From the NCBI GenBank assembly GCA_963749595.1, contig CAVVNJ010000008.1, positions 3,389-67,388 on the forward strand: a stretch of DNA of 64,000 nt, read 5' to 3'. Shown here piece after piece: positions 46,036 through 56,258 of the stretch; the stretch's first letter is position 1; each line of letters starts with the position of its first letter. Source of the stretch: Candidatus Woesebacteria bacterium (GTDB lineage Bacteria; Patescibacteriota; Microgenomatia; UBA1400; UBA1396). The notes beneath the pieces are model-generated. The model made no database searches and had not been told where the DNA came from. It saw only the letters and a list, made by a program, of their open reading frames with translations. A program made the position numbers and the translations under genes.

Positions 46036-47694
46036 ATGTTAAAGATTTTTCCCATGGGCGGGATCGGTGGCGTCACCAAGAACATGTTCTCTGTACGAAC
46101 TCGACCAGGACTCTGTTGGTCGTCGACGTGCGGCATCGGTTTTCCTGACGCCACGATGCCCGGTGTCGAGTTCCTGATTCCGGATACTCAGTATCTACAG
46201 GATCGGATCAAGCAAGGCGCAACTCTTCACGGCATTGTTCTCACTCATGGCCATGACGACCATATTGCGGCGCTACCCTACGTTCTGCGCGAAATGGGCG
46301 CGGAAAATGTCCCGATCTACGGCTCACCGCTGACCGCCGAGTTCGCCATGAGCCGGATGATCGATCAGGGTGTGGACAAAACCATCGAGCATTTTGACGA
46401 GGGGCGGATTAAAGTCGGACCCTTTGAGAGTCGAGACCGTGCGGGTGACCCACTCGGTGCCGGATGCCCGGCACTTTGTCATCCGCACTCCGGAAGGAGT
46501 GATTTACCACGGCTCGGATTTTAAAATCGATTTAACGCCGGTGGACGGGGTAAATATGGACCTGCAGCGTATTGCCGAAATCGGTCGCGAGGGGGTTCTT
46601 TGCGCTTTGATCGACTCGCTGCGGATTGAGCGGGAAACTCCCGGCCAATCGGAAGCGGTGGTCGGCCCCGCCCTGCGCCGCGAAATGTACGGCGTGGAGG
46701 GCAAGGTTTTTGTTACCCTGATGAGTTCCAGCATTCATCGAATCCAGCAAGTGATTGATGTAGCCGCGGAATTCGGACGAAAAGTAACCTTCATTGGCCG
46801 CTCGGTCGAGCAGAACGTCAACACCGCCATGAATCTGGACATGCTCAATTTCCCGGCCAACAGCAAGCTCAATAAACGCAATCTGGACAAAGTCGCCGAC
46901 AGCGAGCTCTGCGTGATTATCGCCGGTAGCCAGGGTCAGCCGGGATCGTCCCTGGTTCGGGCGGTCAGCGGCGAGCACCGCTACATCACGATGGCCAAAG
47001 GCGACAAGGTAGTCTTTTCTTCCGAGCCGATCCCAGGCAGTGAAACCGACGTCTACCGCACTATCGACGAAATTGCCGCCCGCGGCGTCGAGGTTGTTTA
47101 TTCCGACATTGAGGATGATTTGCACGTTTCCGGTCACGCCGGGGCGTACGAGCAGATGTTGATGATTCATCTGTCTGCGGCCCAAGTTTGTGTTCCCGGT
47201 TGGTAGTGAAGAGCGTCACCGCGTGCGTTTCACCAAAGTGATTGGGCGCCATGGTTACCAGCCCGAACCAGATTGTTTTGCCCGATTACGGGGTGATCGT
47301 TGAGCTGGATCAGAAAGGTTTCCGCTACGGCGAGAAGGTTAAGCTGCGCGAACGAACAGTTAGCGGCGAAGGCGTCAGCGATGTGCTGGCCTCGGCGATC
47401 AGCGAACGGCAGCGGTTGGGCGCGCAAGGAGTGATGGTGGTGTCTTTGGTGGAAAAAGTTGGCCAGGTCGAAGAGGAGGAGATTGGGGTTTCCACCCGTG
47501 GTTTCCAGCTGGGCGAAGAATACGCCGCTGAGGAATTTGCCCGAGCCGTCAAAGCGGAGGTGATGCGGATCGTTAATGCTTTCTCCGGGCCCGGCGATCA
47601 GTTGCGCGCGGAACTGGAAAAGGCGCTGCAGCGGTACCTGATGAAGGAAATCGGCCGATCGCCATTGGTGGTCGTTTCGATTACGTCACTTTAA
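46036..47694 (+). pseudogene. rnj: ribonuclease J pseudogene (about 6 frameshifts)
   Basis: THGHDDHIAALPY, HSVPDA, GSDFKID, GSQGQPGS and HVSGHAG motifs are present. Frame switches occur at 46087-46129 (frames 1,2,3,1), near 46424, near 47175 and near 47245. The HGE motif reads GSE. Confidence 0.8.
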
Positions 47695-47867
47695 AAAATA
47701 TCTTTCACGATAAACTTCACGCGGTGAGGGAGATAGGTATTAATTTCTGGATTTTCAACATGGTCCGTCTTGTACAAGATGTTGTACAAGTTGCCACTAG
47801 TTGAAAATGGGCCAAAGCGGATGTATCTCCCCAAACTCGTGGAATTGCGTGAAAATTTAACCCAGGA

Positions 47868-48598
47868 TTATTTCCGGGGTTCGGCAGAGATGCCCGTGCC
47901 GCTTGAGCCAACCGCGATGGATCAGGTGTTCACTATCAAACCGATTAACCAGTTCCCAGAAAGACGACGGAGTGGTTCAGGTGCACTCGGTGGGCCAATT
48001 CATGAATGACCACGTAGCGCATTACCGGCAAAGGCGTATGGACCAGGCGCCAATTCAGGGTGATCGCCCCGTGGTGCGTGCAGCTGCCCCAGCGCGAAGT
48101 AGTATCGCGGAAGCGCAGCGCCGGTACCTCCACGCCCATTTTGTCGGCGTACTCGATCAGCAACGGCGTCGTAAATTCGCTCGCTTGTGATTTTAGCCAG
48201 CGTTCGAGTTGTTGGAAAGCGGAGTCGGCCGTGAAACTGACCGGATGAATCAGGATCCGGCGATCCTCGGTCGGGACTACCCGATTAGTAGTCATCTCGA
48301 TCGAGTCGCGCAGTTCCAGTTGATGTTTTTCTCCCAGGTACAACATCGTGTTAGGCGGCAGATCGCCATGGCGTCCCAATTGAGCCTGGATCCAAGGCGC
48401 CTGTTGCCGTAAAAAGGACTCGATCACCGACCGGCGGACATAGCGCGGCGTAGTCAGACGCAAACCGTTACGGGTCAAACTCAGGCGGATATTGCGGGCA
48501 ATCGGGGAGACGACCCACTCGATTTCCCGACTGGTGCCGTCCGGCAGCTTTAGTTGCATGGGTTCAGTTTTGGCCATGGGTGGGAACAATAGTAACAC
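47868..48598 (-). pseudogene. YgjP-like (DUF45/M48-type) metallopeptidase with a C-terminal frameshift
   Basis: HELAHRVHLNHSVVF is followed by a premature stop. Shifting one base near 47953 restores the expected FWELVNRF...RGWLKRHG tail, ending at 47868. Confidence 0.65.
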
Positions 48599-48642
48599 AT
48601 GCTGGATCCTGCCAGATATCAGATATAATATGGTCTGGACCA

Positions 48643-48727
48643 GGAGGTGTCGCCTAGTGGCCGATGGCAGCGGGTTGCTAACCCGCGACTCGAAAGGGTC
48701 ACGTGAGTTCGAATCTCACCACCTCCG
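48643..48727 (+). tRNA. tRNA-Ser (anticodon GCT)
   Basis: GGAGGTG acceptor, 3-bp D stem, anticodon arm GCGGG-TTGCTAA-CCCGC, long variable arm, T arm GTGAG-TTCGAAT-CTCAC, discriminator G. A TATAAT box lies at 48623-48628. Confidence 0.9.
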
Positions 48728-48882
48728 CATCAGTTGAAAAGTTCTGATAGACCCGTCTAATACCGCTGAATGGGCTGATGGTGCCGACGAATATTTCCTC
48801 AAGGGCGAACTTCTTGAAACCACAGCCGTGTAAGTATCAAATTCCCCTGGTATAAGACGATCAAACCGCCTCGATAGTGTGG

Positions 48883-49191
48883 TTATTTCCCGATTTTGTT
48901 GTGCCGTGGCTGAAGGCGACGAATCTCGGTTGCTTCAAAAGTTTCGGCTTCGGCAATCGTGGCGCAAGCGCAGTAGCCAAAATGCGTTACTCCTTCGAAG
49001 AAATCCTCACGCAAATGTTGGAGCAGTCGCCCGCGCATACCTTCTTGACCAGTGGCCTTCCCCACATACAAAACATCAAGATTTCCATTTGCGGCAATGC
49101 AGCCGCAGTAATACACACCGATAGCCGAAGACTTCCAGCCTCCGACGACTCCTTGGCTATAGTTATAATGTCCTTGGTAGTTTTGTACCAT
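48883..49191 (-). CDS. GIY-YIG domain nuclease-like protein (102 aa)
   Basis: GVYYCG...LYVGKATGQEGMRGRLLQH...E...N pattern. Confidence 0.6.
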   Translation of the reverse strand: MVQNYQGHYNYSQGVVGGWKSSAIGVYYCGCIAANGNLDVLYVGKATGQEGMRGRLLQHLREDFFEGVTHFGYCACATIAEAETFEATEIRRLQPRHNKIGK

Positions 49192-49316
49192 AGTGCCTCC
49201 TTAAGGCTAGTTTGTATTTCCGAAGGTTGAAAATCGTTTCGATTGCCTTTGGTTATCAATACGATACAACGCTCCAAGGGTTGCTGTCAACTGGTTGATC
49301 GTGGTAAAGTATCAAT

Positions 49317-49640
49317 ATGATTTATGAAGAAATTGGCGCCAAGATAAAAAAACTTCGTGAAGACAGAGGGTTGACCAAACAAGCGCTGGCGCAAGAGCTG
49401 GGTTATGAGTCTGACACAGCAATTCATCTCATTGAGGCTGGCAAGCGGAAGATTTCACTTGAGAGGCTCAAAATCATCGCCAACTATTTTAAAGTCTCTA
49501 TCTCAGATTTTGTTTCTGAAGATGTAGGGAAAGAAGACTTAGACATCATGACTGCGCTTCGATCAGACGAACAGCTTGACGAACGCGATGTGGCCCAAAT
49601 CTCAACTTTTATTGACTTCATTAAACAGCAAGGTAAATAA
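49317..49640 (+). CDS. XRE-family HTH transcriptional regulator
   Basis: IGAKIKKLREDRGLTKQALAQELGYESDTAIHLIEAGKRKISLERLKIIANYF. Confidence 0.85.
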   Translation: MIYEEIGAKIKKLREDRGLTKQALAQELGYESDTAIHLIEAGKRKISLERLKIIANYFKVSISDFVSEDVGKEDLDIMTALRSDEQLDERDVAQISTFIDFIKQQGK

Positions 49641-49641
49641 G

Positions 49642-50196
49642 ATGGATGACGACTCAACTGACATTGAGGCCGATGAGATCATAAAAGACCACAAGTCCAA
49701 AATCCTCTACATCAAAAAAAGAGCTCGAAAGTTGATTGATGACTCGAAGGCGACTGTTCCTGTTCAAATTCATACTATTGTCCAGTATCTGACCCAGGAT
49801 CAGTCGTATAAAATCTTTCCCAAGGCGATGGATCTGAAAGAAAAATTCTCAGGACAAATTGTAAGAAGTGGTAATGCGGCGGGGATCATTTATAACTCAA
49901 CTCATTCAGTTGTTCGGCAGCGATTCACATTTGCTCACGAGCTGGGCCACCTCATCCTTGAGCATGATTTGAGGGTGCAAACATACAATGAAATGATCAA
50001 CCTTAAGACAAAATCGCCGATCGAACGTGAAGCGAATCTCTTTGCAGCAGAACTGCTGATGCCCAAAACTCTCGTGAGTGATTACCTCAAAAAACACCAG
50101 GTAAAAACCGTTAAGGAATTGGCAGAGATATTTAATGTAAGTGAAGAAGCGATGTGGTACAAAATCACAGACGAAAATCTGATTCGCTATATGTGA
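49642..50196 (+). CDS. ImmA/IrrE family metallopeptidase
   Basis: HEXXH in FAHELGHLILEH plus a downstream E...EANLFAAELLMP. ATG at 49642 immediately follows the XRE stop. Confidence 0.8.
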   Translation: MDDDSTDIEADEIIKDHKSKILYIKKRARKLIDDSKATVPVQIHTIVQYLTQDQSYKIFPKAMDLKEKFSGQIVRSGNAAGIIYNSTHSVVRQRFTFAHELGHLILEHDLRVQTYNEMINLKTKSPIEREANLFAAELLMPKTLVSDYLKKHQVKTVKELAEIFNVSEEAMWYKITDENLIRYM

Positions 50197-51482
50197 TTGG
50201 TTATCAACTGTTTTGCTCTCAAGATAAACTTCGTTCTCACCATCCCCAACACCTGCTGTCGATCCTCCGCTGATCCAGTTTTCAGAATGTGTTTGAGATA
50301 TTCTCTTGCCATGGAGTCATCGTTAGGTTGTACGGCAGAAAGTTCCATTTCAGTGAGATTTCCTGAAAGATATTCTTGGTGAAGTACTTGTGACCTCAAC
50401 TTGTGGAACCGCTCGATGTCTGCCCTGATGTGTTTGGTGAGCAGACCTTGGTTAATTTTAATCTCACTGATGTGTGCGAGAAGTTGCTGGATCAGATCGG
50501 CTTCCGTGATGTAGGGTTCGTCACAATCGTAGTCCACCGATCTCGCGCAGTGGTAGTAGATATGTTTGGTGAACCCACCACCCTTCAGCTTTTTGTATTT
50601 TTCTTCTGCCGTCACCCCTCCGCCACAGGAACCACAGATACAAAGCGTCTTGAATGGGAATTGTTGTTTGTGCCAGTTTTTTGGTGGAACGAGCAATTGC
50701 TTTTGGACTTTATCAAAAAGTTCTTTTGTAACGAGGGGTTCATGTGTGCCTTTGTACCATTCATCGCCATACTGGAACTGGCCGTAATAAAACGGATTTT
50801 TGAGCGTGGCATAGATGCGACTTAGTGATAACCGTTTACCACTTTTCGTAGTGAAATCTACGGTTTCTAGCCACTTCTTTAGTGTCCTGCCGCTGTGCCC
50901 TTGCTCGGCTACTCTGCGGAATAACTCCTTTACGACCAGCGAACGATCAGGATCGGGGACTACCTCACTAATACGGTTGTTGCGCAGAACATTGAGGTAA
51001 CCAAGCGGTGCCACCCCCGGCCGAACCCCCATTTCACACTTTGCCCTGAGGCCTCGTTTGACGTTCACACCTCGGTTATCGTTCTCCAGCTTGGCTTGTG
51101 AGCAGAGAATCATGAGAAGAAACTTTTCATTAGGACTGTTAGCGAAGCTTTGCGAATAGGTTTGGATCTTTAGGAGTTTGCCCTGATCCATGAGGTCAAC
51201 CAGCGACCCTAAGTCTCCAGCATTGCGACTCAGTCTATCAGGAGCCCAGGTCAGGATGGCATTAAACTTGTCACCCCTAATTTCATTAAGTATTTCTACA
51301 AACATAGGTCGTGATCCAGAAGCTTTAGCAGAGTGGCTTTCCCGTTTCGTTTCTACGATGGCTATATGTTCACGCTCCGCCAGCGTCAGCATTTCTTTAA
51401 TTTGCGAGTCAATGGACATGGTTTGGCGTTCGTCAGACTCAGAAGATTTGCGGGCATAGAGGCAGTAACGAAGCTCGTTCAC
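50187..51482 (-). CDS. large serine recombinase
   Basis: N-terminal resolvase domain YARKSSESDERQTMSIDSQ (catalytic Ser region), a recombinase domain, and a zinc-ribbon CGSCGG...YYHC. 431 aa. Confidence 0.85.
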   Translation of the reverse strand: MNELRYCLYARKSSESDERQTMSIDSQIKEMLTLAEREHIAIVETKRESHSAKASGSRPMFVEILNEIRGDKFNAILTWAPDRLSRNAGDLGSLVDLMDQGKLLKIQTYSQSFANSPNEKFLLMILCSQAKLENDNRGVNVKRGLRAKCEMGVRPGVAPLGYLNVLRNNRISEVVPDPDRSLVVKELFRRVAEQGHSGRTLKKWLETVDFTTKSGKRLSLSRIYATLKNPFYYGQFQYGDEWYKGTHEPLVTKELFDKVQKQLLVPPKNWHKQQFPFKTLCICGSCGGGVTAEEKYKKLKGGGFTKHIYYHCARSVDYDCDEPYITEADLIQQLLAHISEIKINQGLLTKHIRADIERFHKLRSQVLHQEYLSGNLTEMELSAVQPNDDSMAREYLKHILKTGSAEDRQQVLGMVRTKFILRAKQLITNHI

Positions 51483-51667
51483 TCTGTACCTCCTTTGACT
51501 TCTTTAATGAGGAGGTAGAGCGAATGAACTGTCTTTTCCAATTCGGCTAAGCAGTGTGATTTTCGAGTACTTTGGTAGAACTTGAGTGCCAGTTGGCATT
51601 GGTCGAGAAGGTTGCTTGCTTGGTTAATATGGTGGGCGGCACCCGGTGTTTCTTTCATCAAGGACAC
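51479..51667 (-). CDS. small hypothetical protein (62 aa), translationally coupled to the recombinase
   Basis: 4-nt overlap with the recombinase start. Predicted helical. Confidence 0.4.
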   Translation of the reverse strand: MSLMKETPGAAHHINQASNLLDQCQLALKFYQSTRKSHCLAELEKTVHSLYLLIKEVKGGTE

Positions 51668-51706
51668 AAGGTACCGCCACGTTTTTAGAAGTCTAGCCGC
51701 AGTTTG

Positions 51707-53218
51707 CTACCACAGCCGATTCCATGGCCCATGATCAAATTCGCTCGCTAGTCCTCGATCAAAAATATCCTGACCGCCAACAAAGAAGATACGCGGCATC
51801 TGCTTGTTTTCCTTCATAATTTGGTTAATGAGGATGGAGAAGGCATCAGCGAGGTCGTCGTGTTTTTCTATACCCAGACCCACCATTTGCTCAATAAGCT
51901 GTTCACAGCCCTTCCTAGGAAAAAGAATGCTGCCACTGCGAATGAGGTGGGTGGTTAAAGCCAAACGCGTTCGTTTATCCGTCGAACCGATCTTAACTCC
52001 CTCTACATCAATATCTTCATGCTTGAGCCACTGGATAAGTGCATCCTGGTATCCCACGCTTTCAATGTAAACCGTGGCATCGTGGCCACCATTGAGTGAT
52101 CCAATCGCCGCTTTCACCGTTTCCACGGTCGTCGGGAAATCCATCTTCACGTTGATGAGATTTGGGAGGATATAGATTTTCTGTTTGTCTTCGTGGTCAA
52201 AGATGAGAGCGCCCACCATGGCTGTGTAGTCAGCGGATGCTTTTTCACTGATCGCCAAGTCCACTCCGAGGGCGGCGTAGACAAAATGACTACCTCGACC
52301 TGTTGGTGGCACGGCTTCATAGTATTGAATCCAATCGCGCTGCACCACGCGGTCGGCATCCGCAATGATACGCAGGAGATACTCGCGATACCACGCCGCT
52401 TCGTTGCCTATCGCTTGTTTTTGTCGCTCGATGGCTTCCAGATCAGGGTACTTTCCCGGCCAAGCAATTTGATTCTCTTCGGACAGAAGTGGTACAGCCA
52501 AGAAGCGACCATTCATTTTGCCTTCTTCAAAGAGTTGCTTAACGCGCATAAGCAGGCAATCTTCGTGCAGGAGGTTGCCGACAATGACAACCTTTGTGCT
52601 GTCATCCCCAATTGGGAGCACTTCACCCGTTAACCACGAGAAAGTGCGATCCCGACCTTCACGGGTTTTGACTGAGTTCAGATCTTCTACGTCATCGCAG
52701 ATGATGAGATCGGGGCGGTATCTGCCGTGCTTAATACCACGGATGCTTTGTTCCGTAGATGCGGCAACTATCCGGGCACCATAGTTTTTAAGCACGATGG
52801 AGTTGGCGGCCCATTCGTCGGAAAATTCCTCAAAGGGCCCGATGTCTTCTTTTAAGAGCTCATTGTTCTCCAATTCGCGTTTGATGTTGGTAAGATGCAG
52901 TCTCGCTTGTTGCTGAGTTTGACTCAGGATTAACACAAACTTCTTTTGCATCATCCCCGTGATCGCCCAGATGGGAAACGAGGTGGTCATGATCGTGGTT
53001 TTTGCTGAACCTCTAAAGGCCACGGCGGCGCTAATCCGCGTTGCTTGATCCTGGGTGATCGCGAACATCTCATGGTGAAATGGCGCGAAGGGATACTGGA
53101 TATATTCGCCCAGATAGAGCGAGAAAAACCAGTAATGGCTTTGGTTCGCTAGAGATACCCGCATACTGCGGTTATCCTTAATAAGTTGTAATTCTTGGGG
53201 TGTGAGTGTTTGACTCAT
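51707..53218 (-). CDS. phage terminase large subunit (TerL)
   Basis: Walker A-like FRGSAKTT, Walker B LIICDDVED, and a C-terminal RNase H-like nuclease half (GVDLA...DYTA...HDDLADAF). Confidence 0.8.
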   Translation of the reverse strand: MSQTLTPQELQLIKDNRSMRVSLANQSHYWFFSLYLGEYIQYPFAPFHHEMFAITQDQATRISAAVAFRGSAKTTIMTTSFPIWAITGMMQKKFVLILSQTQQQARLHLTNIKRELENNELLKEDIGPFEEFSDEWAANSIVLKNYGARIVAASTEQSIRGIKHGRYRPDLIICDDVEDLNSVKTREGRDRTFSWLTGEVLPIGDDSTKVVIVGNLLHEDCLLMRVKQLFEEGKMNGRFLAVPLLSEENQIAWPGKYPDLEAIERQKQAIGNEAAWYREYLLRIIADADRVVQRDWIQYYEAVPPTGRGSHFVYAALGVDLAISEKASADYTAMVGALIFDHEDKQKIYILPNLINVKMDFPTTVETVKAAIGSLNGGHDATVYIESVGYQDALIQWLKHEDIDVEGVKIGSTDKRTRLALTTHLIRSGSILFPRKGCEQLIEQMVGLGIEKHDDLADAFSILINQIMKENKQMPRIFFVGGQDIFDRGLASEFDHGPWNRLW

Positions 53219-53652
53219 ACGTCCTCCTTTATATTTTGTACTTCCTCAGTTGAGACATTTTGGGTGGGAATTAAGGCAGCCAGTTCCAAAGCTTTCATGA
53301 CCACAGCTTCTTGTTCTGTGGTCAGCTCTTCCGGTGCACGTTTGAGTTGTGCCGTCACCTCCACGCGAGTGGCGTAGCGGGCATGGTGATGTTTGAGCCA
53401 AAAGATAATGGCAGTGAGATTTTTGTCACGAATGGCAGAAAGAAGTTGGGATTCCGCCATATCATTAACCAGTTGCTCACCAGCAAATACTGCGTCGTCC
53501 ACTGCTTTAGCAAATTCACTATCTTGCTTCTTCCAGCGGTAGAAGGTAGCTCGAGCCAAACCAACTTTTTCGCATGCCACCTGAATAATAGGAACCTTAC
53601 GCAGGTGCTCAATAATGGTATTTTTGGTGGCGGCTGGACTAACCTTGCTCAT
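53215..53652 (-). CDS. terminase small subunit-like HTH protein
   Basis: IQVACEKVGLARATFYRWKKQDSEFAKAVDDA (HTH) directly upstream of TerL. ATG at 53652 overlaps the upstream stop (ATGA). Confidence 0.6.
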   Translation of the reverse strand: MSKVSPAATKNTIIEHLRKVPIIQVACEKVGLARATFYRWKKQDSEFAKAVDDAVFAGEQLVNDMAESQLLSAIRDKNLTAIIFWLKHHHARYATRVEVTAQLKRAPEELTTEQEAVVMKALELAALIPTQNVSTEEVQNIKEDV

Positions 53653-54977
53653 AGCTTGACCGCCTTTTGTCCGGTCAACTTCTCCCATCGTTTTTTAATC
53701 ACTTCTGCGTATACAGGTGATTTCTCCATGCCAAAGCAGCGACGTTTCATCTTGGTACAGGCGATAAGGGTTGATCCACTTCCCGAAAATGGTTCGACCA
53801 CAAGATCACCACGTTTTGTGAGCATCTTGATATACGGGATGAGAATCTCAATTGGCTTCGTGCCAAAAATGACACCTTGTCCCGAATGCTTTTCATCACT
53901 GGCGTTGTACTCTATGAAGTCAGTCGGTTGGTTCTTCTTACCATGCTTGTATCCTTCCCACTGTGGTTTGCCGGAGATGGCATAGAGTGCTGTTTCATAT
54001 TCTTCCTGCAAACCATCAACCTCAGATTCTAGGTTGTTAGGTACATCTGTATTTGGTGAAGCTCCGACCATCGCAATGTCATGCTTGCTAAAGAATTTGT
54101 ATTTAGCACTAAATCCTTGATGGCGATTGGGCAAATGCCAAACAATCATGTTTTTGACCTTCCAATGTTTCTCCATTTCACCCCAGATGGTGCGAATGTT
54201 CTTCCAGTTTTCGTAGACAATGATCGAGAAGCTGTCTTTTTGGCAGGTGGCGATATTGGCCATCCATTTTTCGGTGAAGTCGGGCGGTAAAACATCCGTT
54301 TCCAAATACCTTCGATCTCGTTTGGCACCAAATCCCGTAGTAGGTTTGCCGTTACGGGATTTACCGTGAAGGTAGTCCAAGATGTAGGGTGGGTCGGTCA
54401 GACACATATCAGCCTGCTGACCATCCATGAGTTTGGTAAAGTCTTCTGGAATTGTTGAATCGCCACACATGAGTCGACTATCACCTAACGCATACACATC
54501 ACCTTTTTGGACTTCGACCTTATGAATATCGAGCTTCTCGAGTTCTTTTTGAAGATCAAACTGCTCTGGTGTATCGAGATCAAGGTCAAAGATGATATCG
54601 AGTTCTTCACTAGAGAACCCGACGTCCGAAAGCATGTCAGTGCCAAAATCCTTGAGGAGTGTCCAATCAAACTCACCAACATTTCTGTTGAGACGCAAGT
54701 TAAGCTCTTTTTCTTTTTCCAAATCTGGAATGATTAGGTACACAGCGGGGACTTCGGTCAGGCCGAGTTTTTTGGCCGCTTCCAGTCGCATGTGGCCACC
54801 AATGACCACATTCTCGCGACCTGGTGCGCTATTAAGGATAATGGGGTCGACCAAGCCAAAGCGCTTGATGCTCTCAATGAGCTGACTCAAGGCATCCTCG
54901 CTCCAAGTACGCGGGTTGTATGGAGAGGGATTGAGTTTCCCGATCTCGACTTGTTGAATGGATAGTTGTTGTGACAT
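53649..54977 (-). CDS. ParB-like nuclease domain fused to a DNA methyltransferase (N6-A/N4-C type)
   Basis: N-terminal PSPYNPR...GGHMRLEAAKKLG (ParB/Srx fold). LTDPPY catalytic motif and C-terminal VVEPFSGSGSTLIAC SAM-binding motif. Confidence 0.85.
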   Translation of the reverse strand: MSQQLSIQQVEIGKLNPSPYNPRTWSEDALSQLIESIKRFGLVDPIILNSAPGRENVVIGGHMRLEAAKKLGLTEVPAVYLIIPDLEKEKELNLRLNRNVGEFDWTLLKDFGTDMLSDVGFSSEELDIIFDLDLDTPEQFDLQKELEKLDIHKVEVQKGDVYALGDSRLMCGDSTIPEDFTKLMDGQQADMCLTDPPYILDYLHGKSRNGKPTTGFGAKRDRRYLETDVLPPDFTEKWMANIATCQKDSFSIIVYENWKNIRTIWGEMEKHWKVKNMIVWHLPNRHQGFSAKYKFFSKHDIAMVGASPNTDVPNNLESEVDGLQEEYETALYAISGKPQWEGYKHGKKNQPTDFIEYNASDEKHSGQGVIFGTKPIEILIPYIKMLTKRGDLVVEPFSGSGSTLIACTKMKRRCFGMEKSPVYAEVIKKRWEKLTGQKAVKL

Positions 54978-55025
54978 ATGCGTCCTCCTACAAGGAGAAC
55001 GCGCTCACAGATTAGCTAATAGGGT

Positions 55026-55778
55026 TTAGGAGATAAATTGAAGTGCGGGTGCAGAGAAACCAGTCTGAAGTTTCTGATCAAGAATAGCAGCCAACTGTTC
55101 GAGATGATCTTGGGTGTAGATCACTTTTCTGCCTTGGCGGTTGGGAGTGATAAGGTCACGTTTTTCCCAGAACTTGAGTGTACTTTCTGGTACCCCGCTA
55201 GCTGCAGCAGCTTCTTGGCGATTCATAAAGCCAAGGACAGAGCGTTTACTTTTTCGCTCAGGGATATTTTGTAACTTTTCCAGACGTTTTTGCGTTTCTG
55301 TGGTTAGTGGAATATGCCAGGAATCCCGAGTAACACCAGAGATGAGAGTATACGGGAGCTTAATCGCTCCCTCTATGAGTCCGTTCTGTGCCCAACGTCG
55401 CAATCTGTTTTCTTTCACATCAAGGGTGACGGCAAGACTGGGGGTGAGGACATAGCGAATGCCACTATGGATGATGACCGCGGCATGCAATCCGTCGCGA
55501 TTAAGACGATCAAAGTGGCGGTCGCGGGCAATATCACCGAATATATCTTCAAGTACATAAAAGAGTCTTTCAAGGAAAGTAAAAAGAGTATCGATTGCTT
55601 GCTCTTCCAGATCCTGAAATTTTTCCAATAAATTTATGAACTTCATCACGACCATATTTGCAAATTCTTCAGCCGACCATTCACCTTTATGGAGTTGTTT
55701 GTAGTGACGAAACTGGATAGGAAAGAGGCGAGGTATTTCCTTATACGCTTTGAGATCATTTTTGCTTGCACGTTTCAA
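55026..55778 (-). CDS. hypothetical protein with C-terminal MerR/excisionase-type HTH
   Basis: FMNRQEAAAASGVPESTLKFWEKRDLITP. Confidence 0.55.
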   Translation of the reverse strand: MKRASKNDLKAYKEIPRLFPIQFRHYKQLHKGEWSAEEFANMVVMKFINLLEKFQDLEEQAIDTLFTFLERLFYVLEDIFGDIARDRHFDRLNRDGLHAAVIIHSGIRYVLTPSLAVTLDVKENRLRRWAQNGLIEGAIKLPYTLISGVTRDSWHIPLTTETQKRLEKLQNIPERKSKRSVLGFMNRQEAAAASGVPESTLKFWEKRDLITPNRQGRKVIYTQDHLEQLAAILDQKLQTGFSAPALQFIS

Positions 55779-55831
55779 TACTTCATACTACATGGAATTT
55801 CTTACTAACATATTCAATTCCCTTTACCCAT

Positions 55832-56164
55832 TCAGAGATTCCCTCCAAAAATCTCAGACGCAAATTTTCTCCAAAAGTGCGTGCAAGACGCAACATATTC
55901 TCTTGGGCTTGTTTTATCATCTCTTGATATGACTTCGAGGAGGCCATCAGCCGTTCGAGCTATTTCTAGAACTGGTTCGATAAAGTTTTGTTGTATTTTC
56001 GCCACAACATCGAATAGACCAGCAAAAGGATTAAATACAGGCGGAGAAAAAGAGTGCGCTAAGCTCGTGGCACATTCAACCAGATTCTGTTGCGCAGCCC
56101 CAGCTACTTGCGATATGACGGACACAGAAATGTGTTCTTTTGGTGTGACTTGATCCATTAACAA
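55832..56164 (-). CDS. hypothetical protein (110 aa)
   Basis: ORF co-directional with the element operon. No motif recognised. Confidence 0.35.
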   Translation of the reverse strand: MLMDQVTPKEHISVSVISQVAGAAQQNLVECATSLAHSFSPPVFNPFAGLFDVVAKIQQNFIEPVLEIARTADGLLEVISRDDKTSPREYVASCTHFWRKFASEIFGGNL

Positions 56165-56258
56165 TCACAATATCATATTTGCTATATACCCAAAAGAAGC
56201 ACAAACACACGCCCTTTCGAGCGTATGCGTTAACGAATGACTTTTGAGTTTGTCGTCG

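Noticed and set aside
47717-47911. 64-aa minus-strand ORF and the 79-aa plus-strand ORF (47770..48009) in the rnj/YgjP intergenic area
   Set aside because: The region is better explained as the frameshifted C-terminal tail of the YgjP-like gene. The expected FWELVNRF...WLKRHG sequence reads through it in a third frame.
48728-48882. Direct repeat of the tRNA-Ser 3' end marking the far boundary of the integrated element
   Set aside because: I found no copy of the tRNA 3' segment (TTCGAATCTCACCACCTCC) in 56.9-58.4 kb by eye. The element encodes a serine recombinase rather than a tyrosine recombinase, so long att repeats are not expected. The boundaries are left undefined.
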